From Macrostomum lignano (lineage: Eukaryota), in NCBI GenBank assembly GCA_002269645.1, contig NIVC01000084.1, positions 620,001-684,000 on the forward strand: a stretch of DNA of 64,000 nucleotides, given 5' to 3'. This document shows, piece by piece, positions 26,601 to 38,500 of the stretch. The notes beneath the pieces were generated by a model that did no database searches, was not told the DNA's origin, and saw only the letters and a program-made list of their open reading frames with translations. The number at the start of each line of letters is the position of its first letter. Position 1 is the stretch's first letter. Made by a program: the position numbers and the translations under genes.

Positions 26601-28445
26601 GCGGAAACATTGAACGATTCAAAGGACGCCTGGTTGCCAAAGGGTATTCTCAACAACCTGGAGTGGATTATGACGAGACGTTTTCTCCTGTGGTAAGATT
26701 CTCGTCAATCCGTACTATACTGGCATTCGCAACTCAACGAGAAATGCACATTCATCAAATGGATGTGGTCACTGCATTTCTAAACGGACATTTAACAGAA
26801 GAAATATTCATGGATCAAACACCCGGATACGTTAAATGCGACGAAGAGAATTTAGTCTGCAAGCTGAAAAGATCGCTATATGGTCTAAAGCAATCACCCC
26901 GGTGTTGGAACAAGGCCCTCTGTGATTATCTAATCTCGATTGGATTCAAGGAAAGTGGAGCAGACCCATGTGTGTTCACTCGCAAACTTGGAAACATGTC
27001 AATCATTGCGGTTTATGTTGACGACTTGGTGATGGCTACTGATACTATGGATGAAATGCAGAGTATCAAGGAAGAATTCACTCGACGATTCAAGATGAAA
27101 GATATGGGAGAGCTTCATTACTGTTTAGGAGTGACAATAGTGATTGACTCAGAGAGACGATTTCTTCAACTTCATCAGAAGCAATACATTATGCAACTAC
27201 TGAAGAAGTTTAAAATGTTGGAAGCAAACCCAGCCACAACCCCAATGGATTCAAGCGTCAAGCTCGTTGAAAACGATGTCTACAGCAAATTCGTGGATCC
27301 AAAGGCCTATCAATCAATTGTAGGCAGCCTATTGTACGCAGCGATCGCTACACGGCCAGACATTGCTCAAGCAGTGGGAGCAGTATCGAAATTCAATTCC
27401 AAACCAACTGAGGCTCATCTCACCGCTGCCAAGAGAATTCTTCGATACCTGAAAGGCTCATCGGACGTCGCTCTGAAATATGAGAAGTCTGGAAGTAACG
27501 AGATCATTGGCTACTCAGACGCTGATTGGGCGTCGGACTTGGATAGCAGACGCTCAGTCACTGGAAGTGTCTTCATTATGGCCGGTGGAGCAGTAACATG
27601 GTTAAGTCAAAAGCAAACCACGGTGGCGTTGTCAACGACAGAAGCTGAGTACATGGCCCTTGCCTCTGCGACACAGGAGGCAATATGGCTTCGTCGACTT
27701 GTAAGCGATTTGGGTGCCAATGTCACTGGGTCAACTGTAATTAAGGAAGACAATCAAGGAGCCATTGCAATGTCAAAAAATCCGATTCGACACAAGCGGA
27801 CAAAGCATATTGACATCCGCTATCATTTTATTCGAGATGCTATTCAAGCTGGTACTGTGAAACTGGAATACTGTCCGACAAAGGAAATGCTGGCGGACAT
27901 TTTAACAAAGCCAATTCCCAGGCATCAGTTTGAAAATCTGCGATCAATGCTTGGTATTAAGTGTATGGATATGAATTGAAGTAACTGGAGTAACTGAAGT
28001 AACTAATGTCATTGTCATCCATTTTTAATATCAGAGACTACTGAGTAATCTACCGCGATTAACTTAAATCTTCCAATGATAAGTTTCTGACAATTAAGTG
28101 GGAGTGTTGTTTTAGTATATAGCTCGTACTTTTAGTACTTTATTATGGACATTCATTCATTCAAGCATACAAACCTTAGAGATTTAGTATATTTAGATAT
28201 AGTAATTGTCAGATACATAAAATTGATTAATATTGTTAATGCAAATAGCTGTGCGTATCCCTTTCTAGAAAGTTCAATAAATATTCAATACAGTATCGTA
28301 CCGATATATCTATGGTTGTTAGTTCATATCGCAAATACGCTAATACTTTAAGTGCCCCCCCAAAACTCTTCAATTTTTCATCTTGTGTATTTCTTTTTGT
28401 TCAAACTGATAAAATATACTTAATTAAAAGAAGCAAACTTCAACA
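23615..28445 (+). mobile_element. Full-length Ty1/Copia LTR retrotransposon
   Basis: 5' LTR 23615-23900 and 3' LTR 28105-28445 (TG...CA); 5-bp TSD GCTTT at 23610-23614 and 28446-28450; copia-type PBS GGTTATGGGCCCAG at 23901; purine tract aagtgggag at 28096-28104; single intact gag-pol ORF. Confidence 0.98.
24017..27979 (+). CDS. Copia Gag-Pol polyprotein (Gag CCHC, protease, integrase, RT, RNase H)
   Basis: CYTCGKEGHFSREC; WIIDSGATRHM; LWHHRLGH...CEAC; VHSDICGP / RTDGGGEY / NGVAERMNR; YVDD; SDADWA, EAEY, EDNQGAI, KHIDIRYHF, ADILTK. Copia order PR-IN-RT-RH. First ATG at 24017. Confidence 0.97.
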   Translation: MAASEEKWHIEKLTKDNWMTWKIQMKHCLIARRLWGIATGEDVLQQDANEARRNEFKEQQQRAAAMIVLSLSSEYIYLVTTCDDDPRQMWQILCGHFERDSTANKLFLKKKLFRLQMTDGTPVQEHIRCLKELTDKLASINAAVSDEDQVVILLSSLPDSYSHLVTALETRKEEELTLLTVQQALLNEEMKRSETMKYESRDSESALRVDKFKGRRPIKCYTCGKEGHFSRECRFNVSNRQQNSKSTLHKAKTAESTSHSNPNLDNEIADSAATFLTSEETGPQDTTARWIIDSGATRHMTCQRNALRDYTEFDEPENVGLGDGRTVQAYGTGRVDIVTRLPGGERSNAVLGSVLFVPRLACNLFSVRAATLKNNVIQFGHTRCWIRNQTGKLVGFGTLVDRLYQLECDVDCNLATAAVTTTKSELETANLWHHRLGHLHRNQLEQLFKKRYVEGTDTSIVSDMNFCEACVEGKAHRKNHKSVGEIRSSEVLQLVHSDICGPMQTQSFGGNRFFATFIDDFSRIVKVYFLKTKSEVFQKFKEFEAQVTNETEKTIKVLRTDGGGEYMSKEFSAFLLAKGIRHEISVAHTPEQNGVAERMNRTLIESARTMITHAGLSNAYWAEAINTAAYIRNRVPTNSVAPMMTPYERWCGRKPNISHLRTFGCVAYAHIPTVERQKLDKKTTKLRFVGYSDNQKGYRLFDERTRKTVVRYDVIFNEGDFGKLNDFQQNNEKINSHMEVNLDEHNSRTTPNEEIETEIQQILPTTTRQRKTPERFQYNENFEVASLSTTEPQHRAFRAMEILEPRSIDEAWSCDNAKEWKEATDSEYNSLIENDTWELVPLPEGRKTVGCKWVFKVKHDSCGNIERFKGRLVAKGYSQQPGVDYDETFSPVVRFSSIRTILAFATQREMHIHQMDVVTAFLNGHLTEEIFMDQTPGYVKCDEENLVCKLKRSLYGLKQSPRCWNKALCDYLISIGFKESGADPCVFTRKLGNMSIIAVYVDDLVMATDTMDEMQSIKEEFTRRFKMKDMGELHYCLGVTIVIDSERRFLQLHQKQYIMQLLKKFKMLEANPATTPMDSSVKLVENDVYSKFVDPKAYQSIVGSLLYAAIATRPDIAQAVGAVSKFNSKPTEAHLTAAKRILRYLKGSSDVALKYEKSGSNEIIGYSDADWASDLDSRRSVTGSVFIMAGGAVTWLSQKQTTVALSTTEAEYMALASATQEAIWLRRLVSDLGANVTGSTVIKEDNQGAIAMSKNPIRHKRTKHIDIRYHFIRDAIQAGTVKLEYCPTKEMLADILTKPIPRHQFENLRSMLGIKCMDMN

Positions 28446-29556
28446 GCTTTAGCACCAGGGACTTTAGCACGAGGGATGCCAGTCCACCCTAATGGTGTTT
28501 TGACGCATTTTTGCTGCATAAACATTACCTTAGGTTAAAAGCTTATGTGATAAGTTTAAAATCTCTTTACCACAGAAAATTATAAAAATATTTGCATCTT
28601 CTGCAATCTTCTGCAAGCTCGTACTATTTGCATCTTGGATGTAAAGAAACTAATCCCAGACATAGACGGAACACATTTAAGATCTGTTCTAGCTATAATC
28701 TAATGTACACTATTTGAGTGTACAGTTAGTTTCATCAGCTGATGCCGATGCCTCATTTCTAGCATGTACATTGCCAACCCCCTGTCTGCGATCGCTCGGC
28801 TAACGTACGCTGCTGATGCTATTTTTAGATCATGCTACGGAGCGGCAAAATTTCTTGGAAATTCCTAGTAAAAATGAGCCCAGACTGCAGACACAAGACT
28901 TGAAAAGGAAAAATAATCTGCTTAAACCTTGCTATTGGAGAGCTGTTTTATAGTATTTTTCATGCAGAGTTTTTTTAAACAGTTCTCTAAAAATAGAAAA
29001 TTTAACAAGTAAAAATGACTATCATGGGCTTTTTGTTCAACTCTGGTGAGACGCACTATTATTACCCATTGAATACTGTACTTGTATACTTATTACTAAT
29101 TTATATTATATCTTTTTAATAAAGTACTTATTAAAGTAGAGCGCTACGCTTGACTTTTTAATAATAATCTCTGGTCTGGAGGCCTACCTGAAAGGTATAT
29201 TTTTGTATCGCTATAATGCAGTTAGTTTAGTAGCGCTGAATCGGGAATCACCATAGACCAGTTCGGTCGATAACGAGTAAAGACCTCGATTTCTCGAGAA
29301 TAAACTAGTTTATTCTTCAATGCTTTGTCTATGGTCAAAAGCTCCCTATCTCTATGATAGTTCGTTAAATCGCTGACATAGCTTTCATGGCTGGACGATG
29401 TCTATGGTTTAAACCTATATATTATTATATTAATATGCATATAACTGTGATAGATTGTTAACTTTCATATCGACAAGATTGTACAGATTTGCATAATTCT
29501 CTAATATTCGTAATCATAATCATAAATGTATTTTATTTACAATATACATTACACAG

Positions 29557-32500
29557 AATGTCAAGCACTGCGCCAATGGGAATCGGAAGCTCTGTCCAAA
29601 CAGAGTGACGTCATCGCTACAGATCGACTGACGTTTCTAACTGGTGTCGGCTCTGGCCAGCGACTTCGTTATCGAATACTCCCAGCAACTGAGTGGGAAG
29701 ACCTTAGCCTAGTTGAGGCTGTGTTCTGTCTGATGAAGCTCAGGCATAGGAAACTGCTCAAAATGCGAGATACAAACACGATGGATGAGTTTAGGAACAA
29801 GCTGATGGATATTTGCGGCCTGGTATGTCCTCGTTTGGGATTCACGGTTGCTCTGTTTATCCATGTAGCTAGCCTCTCACCGCTGCGCCTCATTTCCTTC
29901 TATCTCTCACCCTGTCTCTCTCCCTGTCTCTCTCCCTGTATCTCCCTGTCTCTCTCTCTCCCTGTCTCTCCATGTCTCTCTCCCTGTATCTCCCTGTCTC
30001 TCTCTCCCTGTCTCTCCCTGTCTCTCACCCTGTCTCTCCCTGTCTCTCCGTCTCTCTCCCTATGTCTCTCCCTGTCTCTCTCTCTCTCTCCCTGTATCTC
30101 CCTGTCTCTCTCTCTCCCTGTCTCTCCCTGTCTCTCTCCCTGTGTCTCCCTGTCTCTCTCTCCCTGTCTCTCCCTGTCTCTCACCCTGTCTCTCCCTGTC
30201 TCTCTCCCTGTATCTCCCTGTCTCTCCCTGTCTCTCTCCCTGTATCTCCCTGTCTCTCCGTCTCTCTCCCTATGTCTCTCCCTGTCTCTCTCTCTCTCCC
30301 TGTCTCTCCCTGTCTCTCTCTCTGTCTCTCCCCGTCTCTCTCTCCGTCTCTCCCTGTCTCTCACCCTGTCTCTCCCTGTCTCTCCCTGTCTCTCTCCCTA
30401 TGTCTCTCCCTGTCTCTCTCTCTCCCTGTCTATCCCTGTCTCTCTCCCTGTATCTCCCTGTCTCTCTCTCCCTGTCTCTCCCCGTCTCTCTCCCTGTCTC
30501 TCTCTCTCCCTGTCTCTCCCTGTCTCTCTCCCTGTATCTTCCTGTCTCTCTCCCTGTCTCTCCCCGTCTCTCTCTCCGTCTCTCCCTGTCTCTCACCCTG
30601 TCTCTCCCTGTCTCTCCCTGTCTCTCTCCCTATGTCTCTCCCTGTCTCTCCGTCTCTCTCCCTATGTCTCTCCCTGTCTCTCCCTGTCTCTCTCCCTGTA
30701 TCTCCCTGTCTCTCCGTCTTTCTCCCTATGTCTCTCCCTGTCTCTCTCTCTCTCTCTCCCTGTCTCTCCCTGTCTCTCTCCCTGTCTCTCCCCGTCTCTC
30801 TCCCTGTATCTCCCTGTCTCTCTCTCCCTGTCTCTCCCTGTCTCTCCCTGTCTCTCTCTCTCCCTGTCTCTCCCTGTCTCTCCCTGTCTCTCCCGTCTCT
30901 CTCCCTGTTTCTCTCTCTCCCTGTTTCTCTCTCTCCCTGTTTCTCTCTCTCCCTGTTTCTCTCTCTCCCTGTCTCTCACCCTGTCTCTCCCTATGTCTCT
31001 CCCTGTCTCTCCCTATGTCTCTCCCTGTCTCTCCGTCTCTCTCCCTATGTCTCTCCCTGTCTCTCCCTGTCTCTCTCCCTGTATCTCCCTGTCTCTCCGT
31101 CTCTCTCCCTATGTCTCTCCCTGTCTCCCTGTCTCTCCCTGTCTCTCCCTGTCTCTCTCTCTCTCCCTGTATCTCCCTGTCTCTCTCTCCCTGTCTCTCC
31201 CTGTCTCTCCCTGTCTCTCCCTGTCTCTCTCCGTCTCTCTCCCTGTCTCTCTCTCTCCCTGTCTCTCCCTGTCTCTCCCTGTCTCTCCCTGTCTCTCTCC
31301 CTGTTTCTCTCTCTCCCTGTTTCTCTCTCTCCCTGTTTCTCTCCCTGTCTCTCCCTGTCTCTCTCCCTGTCTCTCCCTGTCTCTCCCCGTCTCTCTCCGT
31401 CTCTCTCCGTCTCTCTCCCTGTCTCTCCCCGGCTCTCTCCCTGTCTCTCCCTGTCTCTCCCCGTCTCTCTCCGTCTCTCTCCGTCTCTCTCCCTGTCTCT
31501 CCCTGTCTCTCTCCCTATGTCTCTCCCTGTCTCTCTCTCTCCCTGTCTCTCCCTGTCTCTCCCTGTCTCTCCCTGTCTCTCTCCCTGTATCTCCCTGTCT
31601 CTCTCTCCCTGTCTCTCCCTGTCTCTCCCTGTCTCTCCCTGTCTCTCCCCGTCTCTCTCCGTCTCTCTCCGTCTCTCTCCCCGTCTCTCTCCGTCTCTCT
31701 CCGTCTCTCTCCCTGTCTCTCTCCCTGTCTCTCCCTGTCTCTCCCTGTCTCTCTCTCCCTGTCTCTCCCCGTCTCTCTCCGTCTCTCTCCCTGTCTCTCC
31801 CTGTCTCTCTCCCTGTCTCTCTCTCTCTGTCTCTCTCTGTCTCTCTCCCTGTCTCTCCCTGTCTCTCCCTGTCTCTCTCCCTATGTCTCTCCCTGTCTCT
31901 CCCTGTCTCTCTCCCTGTCTCTCCCTGTCTCTCCCTGTCTCTCCCTGTCTCTCTCCCTGTATCTCCCTGTCTCTCCCCGTCTCTCTCCGTCTCTCTCCCT
32001 GTCTCTCTCCCTATGTCTCTCCCTGTCTCTCTCTCTCTCCCTGTCTCTCCCTGTCTCTCCCTGTCTCTCTCCCTGTCTCTCTCTCTGTCTCTCCCTGTCT
32101 CTCTCCCTGTATCTCCCGGTCTCTCTCTCCCTGTCTCTCCCTGTCTCTCTCCCTGTTTCTCTCTCTCCCTGTCTCTCTCTCTGTCTCTCCCTGTCTCTCT
32201 CCCTATCTCTCTCCCTGTCTCTCTCTCTCTGTCTCTCTCTGTCTCTCTCCCTGTCTCTCCCTGTCTCTCTCCCCATGTCTCTCCCTGTCTCTCTCTCTCT
32301 CTCCCTGTCTCTCCCTGTCTCTCCCCGTCTCTCTCCGTCTCTCTCTCTCTCCCTGTCTCTCCCTGTCTCTCTCTCCCTGTATCTCCCTGTCTCTCTCTCC
32401 CTGTCCCTCCCTGTCTCTCCCTGTCTCTCCTCATCTCACTGTCTCTCCCCATCTTTCCCTCTCTCTCCTCTGCTTTTGCAGTCGGACAGAAACGGAAATG

Positions 32501-35500
32501 AAAGTAGCAGCAGCAGCGTATTCAGCAGTGAATGCAGCGGCGAAAGCTGCGGCGAAAGCAGCAATGACGAACAGAAAAGCGATTCAGCCGCAATGGCGTC
32601 AGCATTTCACCGTCTATTCGGTCTGAATATTCGGGTTCACCCCGGTAACGAAATGTACAATTATAAATTGTTAACTTTTGGCGACTGTAACAACGGAAAT
32701 GACAGCGTTGATATCGGTCACGTGTATGGCACATTGTATGTGCCTCTGGACGGTGCACTGGCGCCTGGTTAGTAAGATGTTAATGCTGTTGTGATGAATG
32801 TTATAAACAGTATTTAGGCACACATATGCTGTCTATGGTCATAGCAGCAGCTAGTGGGTCAGCTGGGTTTATCAGAGTCTTCAACAAAATCATAAACATA
32901 GACTAATGTCATATGCATCGAACGCCAGGTCATAAATATAGACACAATTCTATAGACATAGAAGTGACACTATGCTATCGACATAGATTAGACACAATCC
33001 CATAGAAGTTGCACCGATAGAAATATTCTTTATCTTTCCTCCAATATCTTTCCTCCATAACTGCAGCCTCAGAAAACAAGGAATACATCATGGTCATAAA
33101 TAAGCAATGGCAGATGACCATAAAACTAAACGTGTCATAACCAAAGAAGCAAACTAACAAAAAGCTTATGTAGGATCATAACCGCAGTTTATAACCCTGG
33201 TAAATCATACCCAACTCCAAACAGACTCAGTCGAGGCCGAGCTGCTCCGCCCCCCTCTAAACCGACTGGTCGAACGAATCGCAGCGGAAATCCAAACCAA
33301 TCGACAATTAAGCCAGAGTCATCGGAATTCGAATTCAAATTTAGATGAAGTTGACCCAGAGGTGGCGGCCGCGGCTCTGGCTGCGGCTCGAGCTAGCGAA
33401 CTCAATCGCATCCTGAATCTGTTCGAAGGTGTCCAACAGTATGACGAATCGTGCGAACCGCCTGCCGTTTCTGTCAATGCCGATTTCAAGCGTCGTTTAG
33501 ATGACGATCCGACGCGATACCGACTGTGCACGGTTGAGTGCGTCAAGAACCGCTCAGGGCAGAGGTTCGGCGTGCCAGTCAATCGACAGGATGACGGACT
33601 GAATCAGATTCAACTAAAAAACCCGGGCAGTTGGTTTCCCGGTGAACAGGTGTGGTATAATTATTTATCGGTTGAGACTTTTACTCTACACTCAAGGCCA
33701 GTTTTTTTGCTGAAAAACGCATCAACAACACAGGAAGACGTTTTTCGTTTTGGCACGCGTTTTGTTTAAGGTTAATTTTCATGTTTATGAAATCAATTCT
33801 ATCTCCTATAGGGAATCAATACTCGGATAAAATCATTTCCTAGATCCATTTGCAATTTGGAAGTTAAGAACGTTGAGACGACCTTTTTTTAATTAGCAGG
33901 TGCTGGAAATTGATTACAGATTTAGAGATTAGAGATTTTTGTTTTAGATGTCAGGCCTATTTAGCGTTGTACTAACCACAGTCAACTATGCTTAACTTCT
34001 TGCTGGTCTCGCTGACCCTCTAACTAAGTACTGACTAATTAATGTTTCTTTAACTCAGGTGGTGGTGGAGCTCCTGGACCAGGTGCAACCCAACGGTGCA
34101 TCCAAGGGCCGCGTCCTCGGCTACTACAAGCGCCAGTTGCGTTACAACTTCCTCGGCCACCAGCAGCTGCAGGAACTCCTGGCTGAGCAGCCGAATCGCT
34201 TCAAGATTTGCACCCTCGAGCTGAACGGCGTCCAAGGCGGCTCGGCAGTTCCGGTCGACCCCAGCGACTCGATCGCCCGCATCGAGATCAACGGGCGCGA
34301 GAACTGCGGCAGGGCCTGCGCCAATGACCAGGTGGTGGTGGAGATTATGGAGAGAAAAGGCGCCGACCCGGCTGATAAAGAGGTCAAAGGTCGCGTTGTT
34401 GGCATGCATCAGCAGGTGCGAATTTGTTAAGCACTTTTCTCGTTTCTAAACTCTTAGGGCATCGACTTGTTATTGGTTTAAGTCAGGCATGCTGTCAGTC
34501 AGGAAGGTGTTGGAGACTGATCACAATAATCCCTGAAGAACCTGCAACTCCTAAACACTCCTTCTGAATCATTTTTAACAGGCGGAGAAGCTGCGCTACC
34601 AGCTGTTTCTCTGCGAAGTTCTCAGCAACGTTGGTGCACTGATGCGACCGTTGTGCGGCACCTTCCCAAAGATTGCCTACGACAATTCGATTGCTCAGAA
34701 AGCTCTGAAGGAAATGCCTGACAATGGGTTTGATGGACACGAGGAACGCAGCGGTACAGGGCAGCAACAAGTGACACAGAATCGGGACCACGTCCTAAGC
34801 ATCGACCGCGACTTTGTGTCCGTCTTCTCGCCGAGAAAGTGAGTGGCATTTTTCTTACTGTTTAGTACCGAGTATCCGGCATACAATTTCGATTAAATAT
34901 TTTCTGAGTTCGGGTCGCATATCCGATAAAATTGATGCTTTTCTCTTTAGTACTAATAGAAAAGATTATTTCTTTAAAAGCGCTACGCTGGTTTGATTAT
35001 TTCTTCAAATTTTGATCAATGCTTCTTTTAAAATTACGTTGTTGCGTCAAAATTTTCTTTCGAATTTTTCCTATTTTCTTGTTCGATGCCCTCTTTCTAC
35101 GCTGGGCACTCAAAAGGGTCCCTAATGTTCCCAAAAGTTTCTATGTATTCTAAGTATGAGATATTCTATGGGTTTTTCGGTCGGTATTTCACTTAAATCC
35201 CTCGAGCCGATAGAATATCTTATTTAAACTACTTTAATTTTGCGGGATGCATTCAGATAAATCCCGGAGCCATACTTGTATGTCTATGGTTGAAGTTGGG
35301 GATGGGGGTGTGGGGGCGAAGCCCGGTACCATAGACAAATTTTCATTAAGAAATTTCTCGAGTCACGAAGGAAGAGAAGAGAGAAGCTCGCATATTTAGA
35401 TACATAAGCGAAAAAGTGAGACAGATTGTGTTGCGCTTGATTAAAGAAGATAGCATGGAAGAACGAATCTTCGTAAATCCTTTAGTGCGCTTTACAAAGG

Positions 35501-38500
35501 ATTTCTGTGGCGATTATGATCCAAATCGAATCACCGAGCGAGACTTGGAAGAGATTTTGTCTGCCGGTTTAGATCAACGTGATCCGTACTCTGCTCGAGA
35601 AGTGAGAGCTGTTCGAGAACGTGAAGCGTTGGACGCAGTGAAAGCTCTAAATGAGAGTACAAAGGCTGTAAACACCATGAAGCGTAACAAGTGGGCCGTC
35701 GGTGTATTCACTCGTTGGGTTCACACTGCTGATATTCCATGCACCGTGTCTGTCGAGGAGTTGGACGATGTCTCGATCAACCAGTTGGTTCCGCAGTTCA
35801 TCCACGGAGCTGTACGTCTAGATGGTTCTAAATACCCGCCGAGTACGCTGGTATCACTTGTCTGCGGATTGCAACAAACGATCTGTTCCGTTCGACACGT
35901 GGACTTTTTCCGTGGTGAACAGTTTCGTCTTGTTAGAGAGTCTTGACGCTGCAATGAAAATTGGTGCTAGAGAGGGAAGAGGTCTGTCGAGAGTGAGTGC
36001 ATGTGTGCTTTCTGACACCGACGAAGAGAAGCTATGGAACAGTGTGCTGGGCAATGATACTCCGAAGAAGTTACTCAGGACACTTTTCTATCTTAATGGA
36101 CTACATTTTGCCCTTAGAGGAGGAGAGGAGCACAGCGCTTTGAGAATAGACCAACTGTCTATTGAGATTAGAGACAAGAAACGTTGCTTGGTATACCGTA
36201 AAACTGTTTCAAAGACCAACGCTGGTGGATTGAACAGTCACGCCAGAATTAAGCCAAAGGAGGTCGTCCACTTTGAGTCTACAGATCCAGCTAGGTGCCA
36301 TGTGAGCCTATTTGAAGAATATTTACTCAAGCGTCCAGCAGGAGCGACTCGTTTCTATTTGCAACCGTTGGCCAACCTCGGTGTGAAGTGGTTTTCAAAT
36401 CGGCCTATTGGTAAAAACACGCTATGCAAATTCATGCGCGAAATGTGCACCGAGGCAGGAATCAATGGACGAGTAACTAATCACAGCCTGCGTGCTACAT
36501 GTGCCACTCGTTTGTACCATGCAAACGTGGATGAACAGCTCATCATGGAGAGAACAGGACATCGAAGTCTATCAGCACTGCGGTGCTACAAACGAACGTC
36601 TGATGTCCAGATCGAAAAGTGCAGTGCTATTTTAGATGGAAAAAGTATTGCAAGTGCCGTTCAGAGTACGGGCCATGCCCAGACGATTAATTTCAACTTC
36701 ACGGACTGCAGTGTGACCATCAACAATTAATTGAGGTATTACAATTACACTTATTACACTAACGATAACTCTATGAACTAAGTCCGTGTAATATTATCAT
36801 TATTAGTGTTCTTGCTGTTATTGTATTATTATTTCTTACAATAGTTTCAGAGAATTCATATGCCTACTTGTTTGCTTGTTGTCTATGGCTGAAGTTTTTT
36901 GCCGAATAAATTTGCAATAATCCTTGCAATATGTCCGGGAAAGTGATCGATTAAATCCCGCAAAATAAAATCTATGTCAATAACCTCCCTGAAAGTGAGC
37001 TCTAAAGTGGTTCAAATACTAATTCTGTCTTTTTCGACTGTAGGGACTCTAAAGGAAAAATCTACTTTGAGCACGACCGCTGTCAGCGAGTGAACAAAGA
37101 ATTCTGTGAGCAGACTTTTCTGGTGTGCTTTGAGTATTGGCATCTGGACAAGAGCTACCCCATAGGAAAAGTGGTCTACGTTCTCGAAAACACCGACGGC
37201 TCGCTGGCAGAGGCGTTCGGCCTCATCCAGATGCGACACCGGCTGCCTCGTCCGCTGCGAGATTCAAAGGAGCTGCGCAATCAGGTGGCTAATGTGCAGC
37301 AAAATGCGAACAACATGGGTCTAAGGGGCCGGCTAGACATGCGTAAGGTGCTCACAGTTACCATTGACAACCCGGACACGCGGGACATAGACGACGCAAT
37401 CAGCTACGAGCGCTGCTACTCAACAGGCGTAGAAACCGTCGGAGTTCACATCACCGACATCTGCGAGTTCATCGGCAAGAAGGGCTCCCCGCTGGACCGT
37501 GTGGCTCGGGGTCGCCTCCGAACCATCTACCCGCCTAAGGTGGGCAAGTCGCAGCAGCAGGTGACACCCAACCACATGCTGCCCAAAACTCTGGCTGAAG
37601 ACGTGCTCAGCCTCTGCGAAGGATCCGACAGGTTCTGCCTGAGCGTCCTCTTCAAGTTCAACCGTGACAAAAAAGTAAGATTTTTACAAGTAAGATCTAA
37701 GCCTTTTACAAGAATAAAGTAATTTAAGATAAACCAGCCGACACGCCAACTTCAAATTCATTAACTAAGATTTGTGTGACATCGCAAATTCTATGTGGAC
37801 CTGAATCTAAATAGCTTGCAATTTAACCTGCATTACCAACTTTTAGAGCCCTGCGAACCTCCTCTGGGAAAAGCCCGAGTTCCACAAGACCATCATTCGC
37901 AGCGACCTCCGGCTCAACAAGATCGACGTGCAGCCGGTGCTGTTGGAGACCGAGCGCAGTGCCGACAGCTTCGGAGACCGCCTGACTCCCGACTTCGTGT
38001 CAATGCTGCGCTCTCTGTGGGACATCGCCCGACGCCTGCGGCTGAAGCGGCTCGGCGAGGCCGGCTTCCAGCTGCAGGATGACGACTTCTGCGACGACGA
38101 CGCCGAGCAGGGATCCATCGGGCGGACCTTCGAGACCAGCTGCCTCATCGAAGAGCTCATGGTGCTGGCCAACCTGTCGGTAGGTCAGTGGTTGGCAGAG
38201 CAGCAGCGGCCGGTTGTGGCTCGAGTTCAGGACGAGCCCCGACCTGTCGAGGTCCAGAATTGGCTCGGTAAATTCGGTCAGACTCTGGTGCACATGCCGC
38301 GACTGCAGCGCGATCTTCGAGGCCTCAATGTCTCGTTTAGTCTGTGCAACTTTCCGCTGTCTCTGTCTCGAGCTGACTATGATTTCATCATGAAGTACCA
38401 AATCGGTAGGCCTCGAGATTGCGTCCTACGGCTCATGCACGACAGTCGCCATCCGCACATGATGCTGGCCCTCAGTGAATGGTTCTCCGTCACACAGCCC

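Noticed and set aside
29900-32626. Very long S/L/P/C/V and R/E/T/G ORFs (up to 991 aa)
   Set aside because: Intronic CT-rich low-complexity tract bounded by good splice sites; only the flanking exon parts are coding
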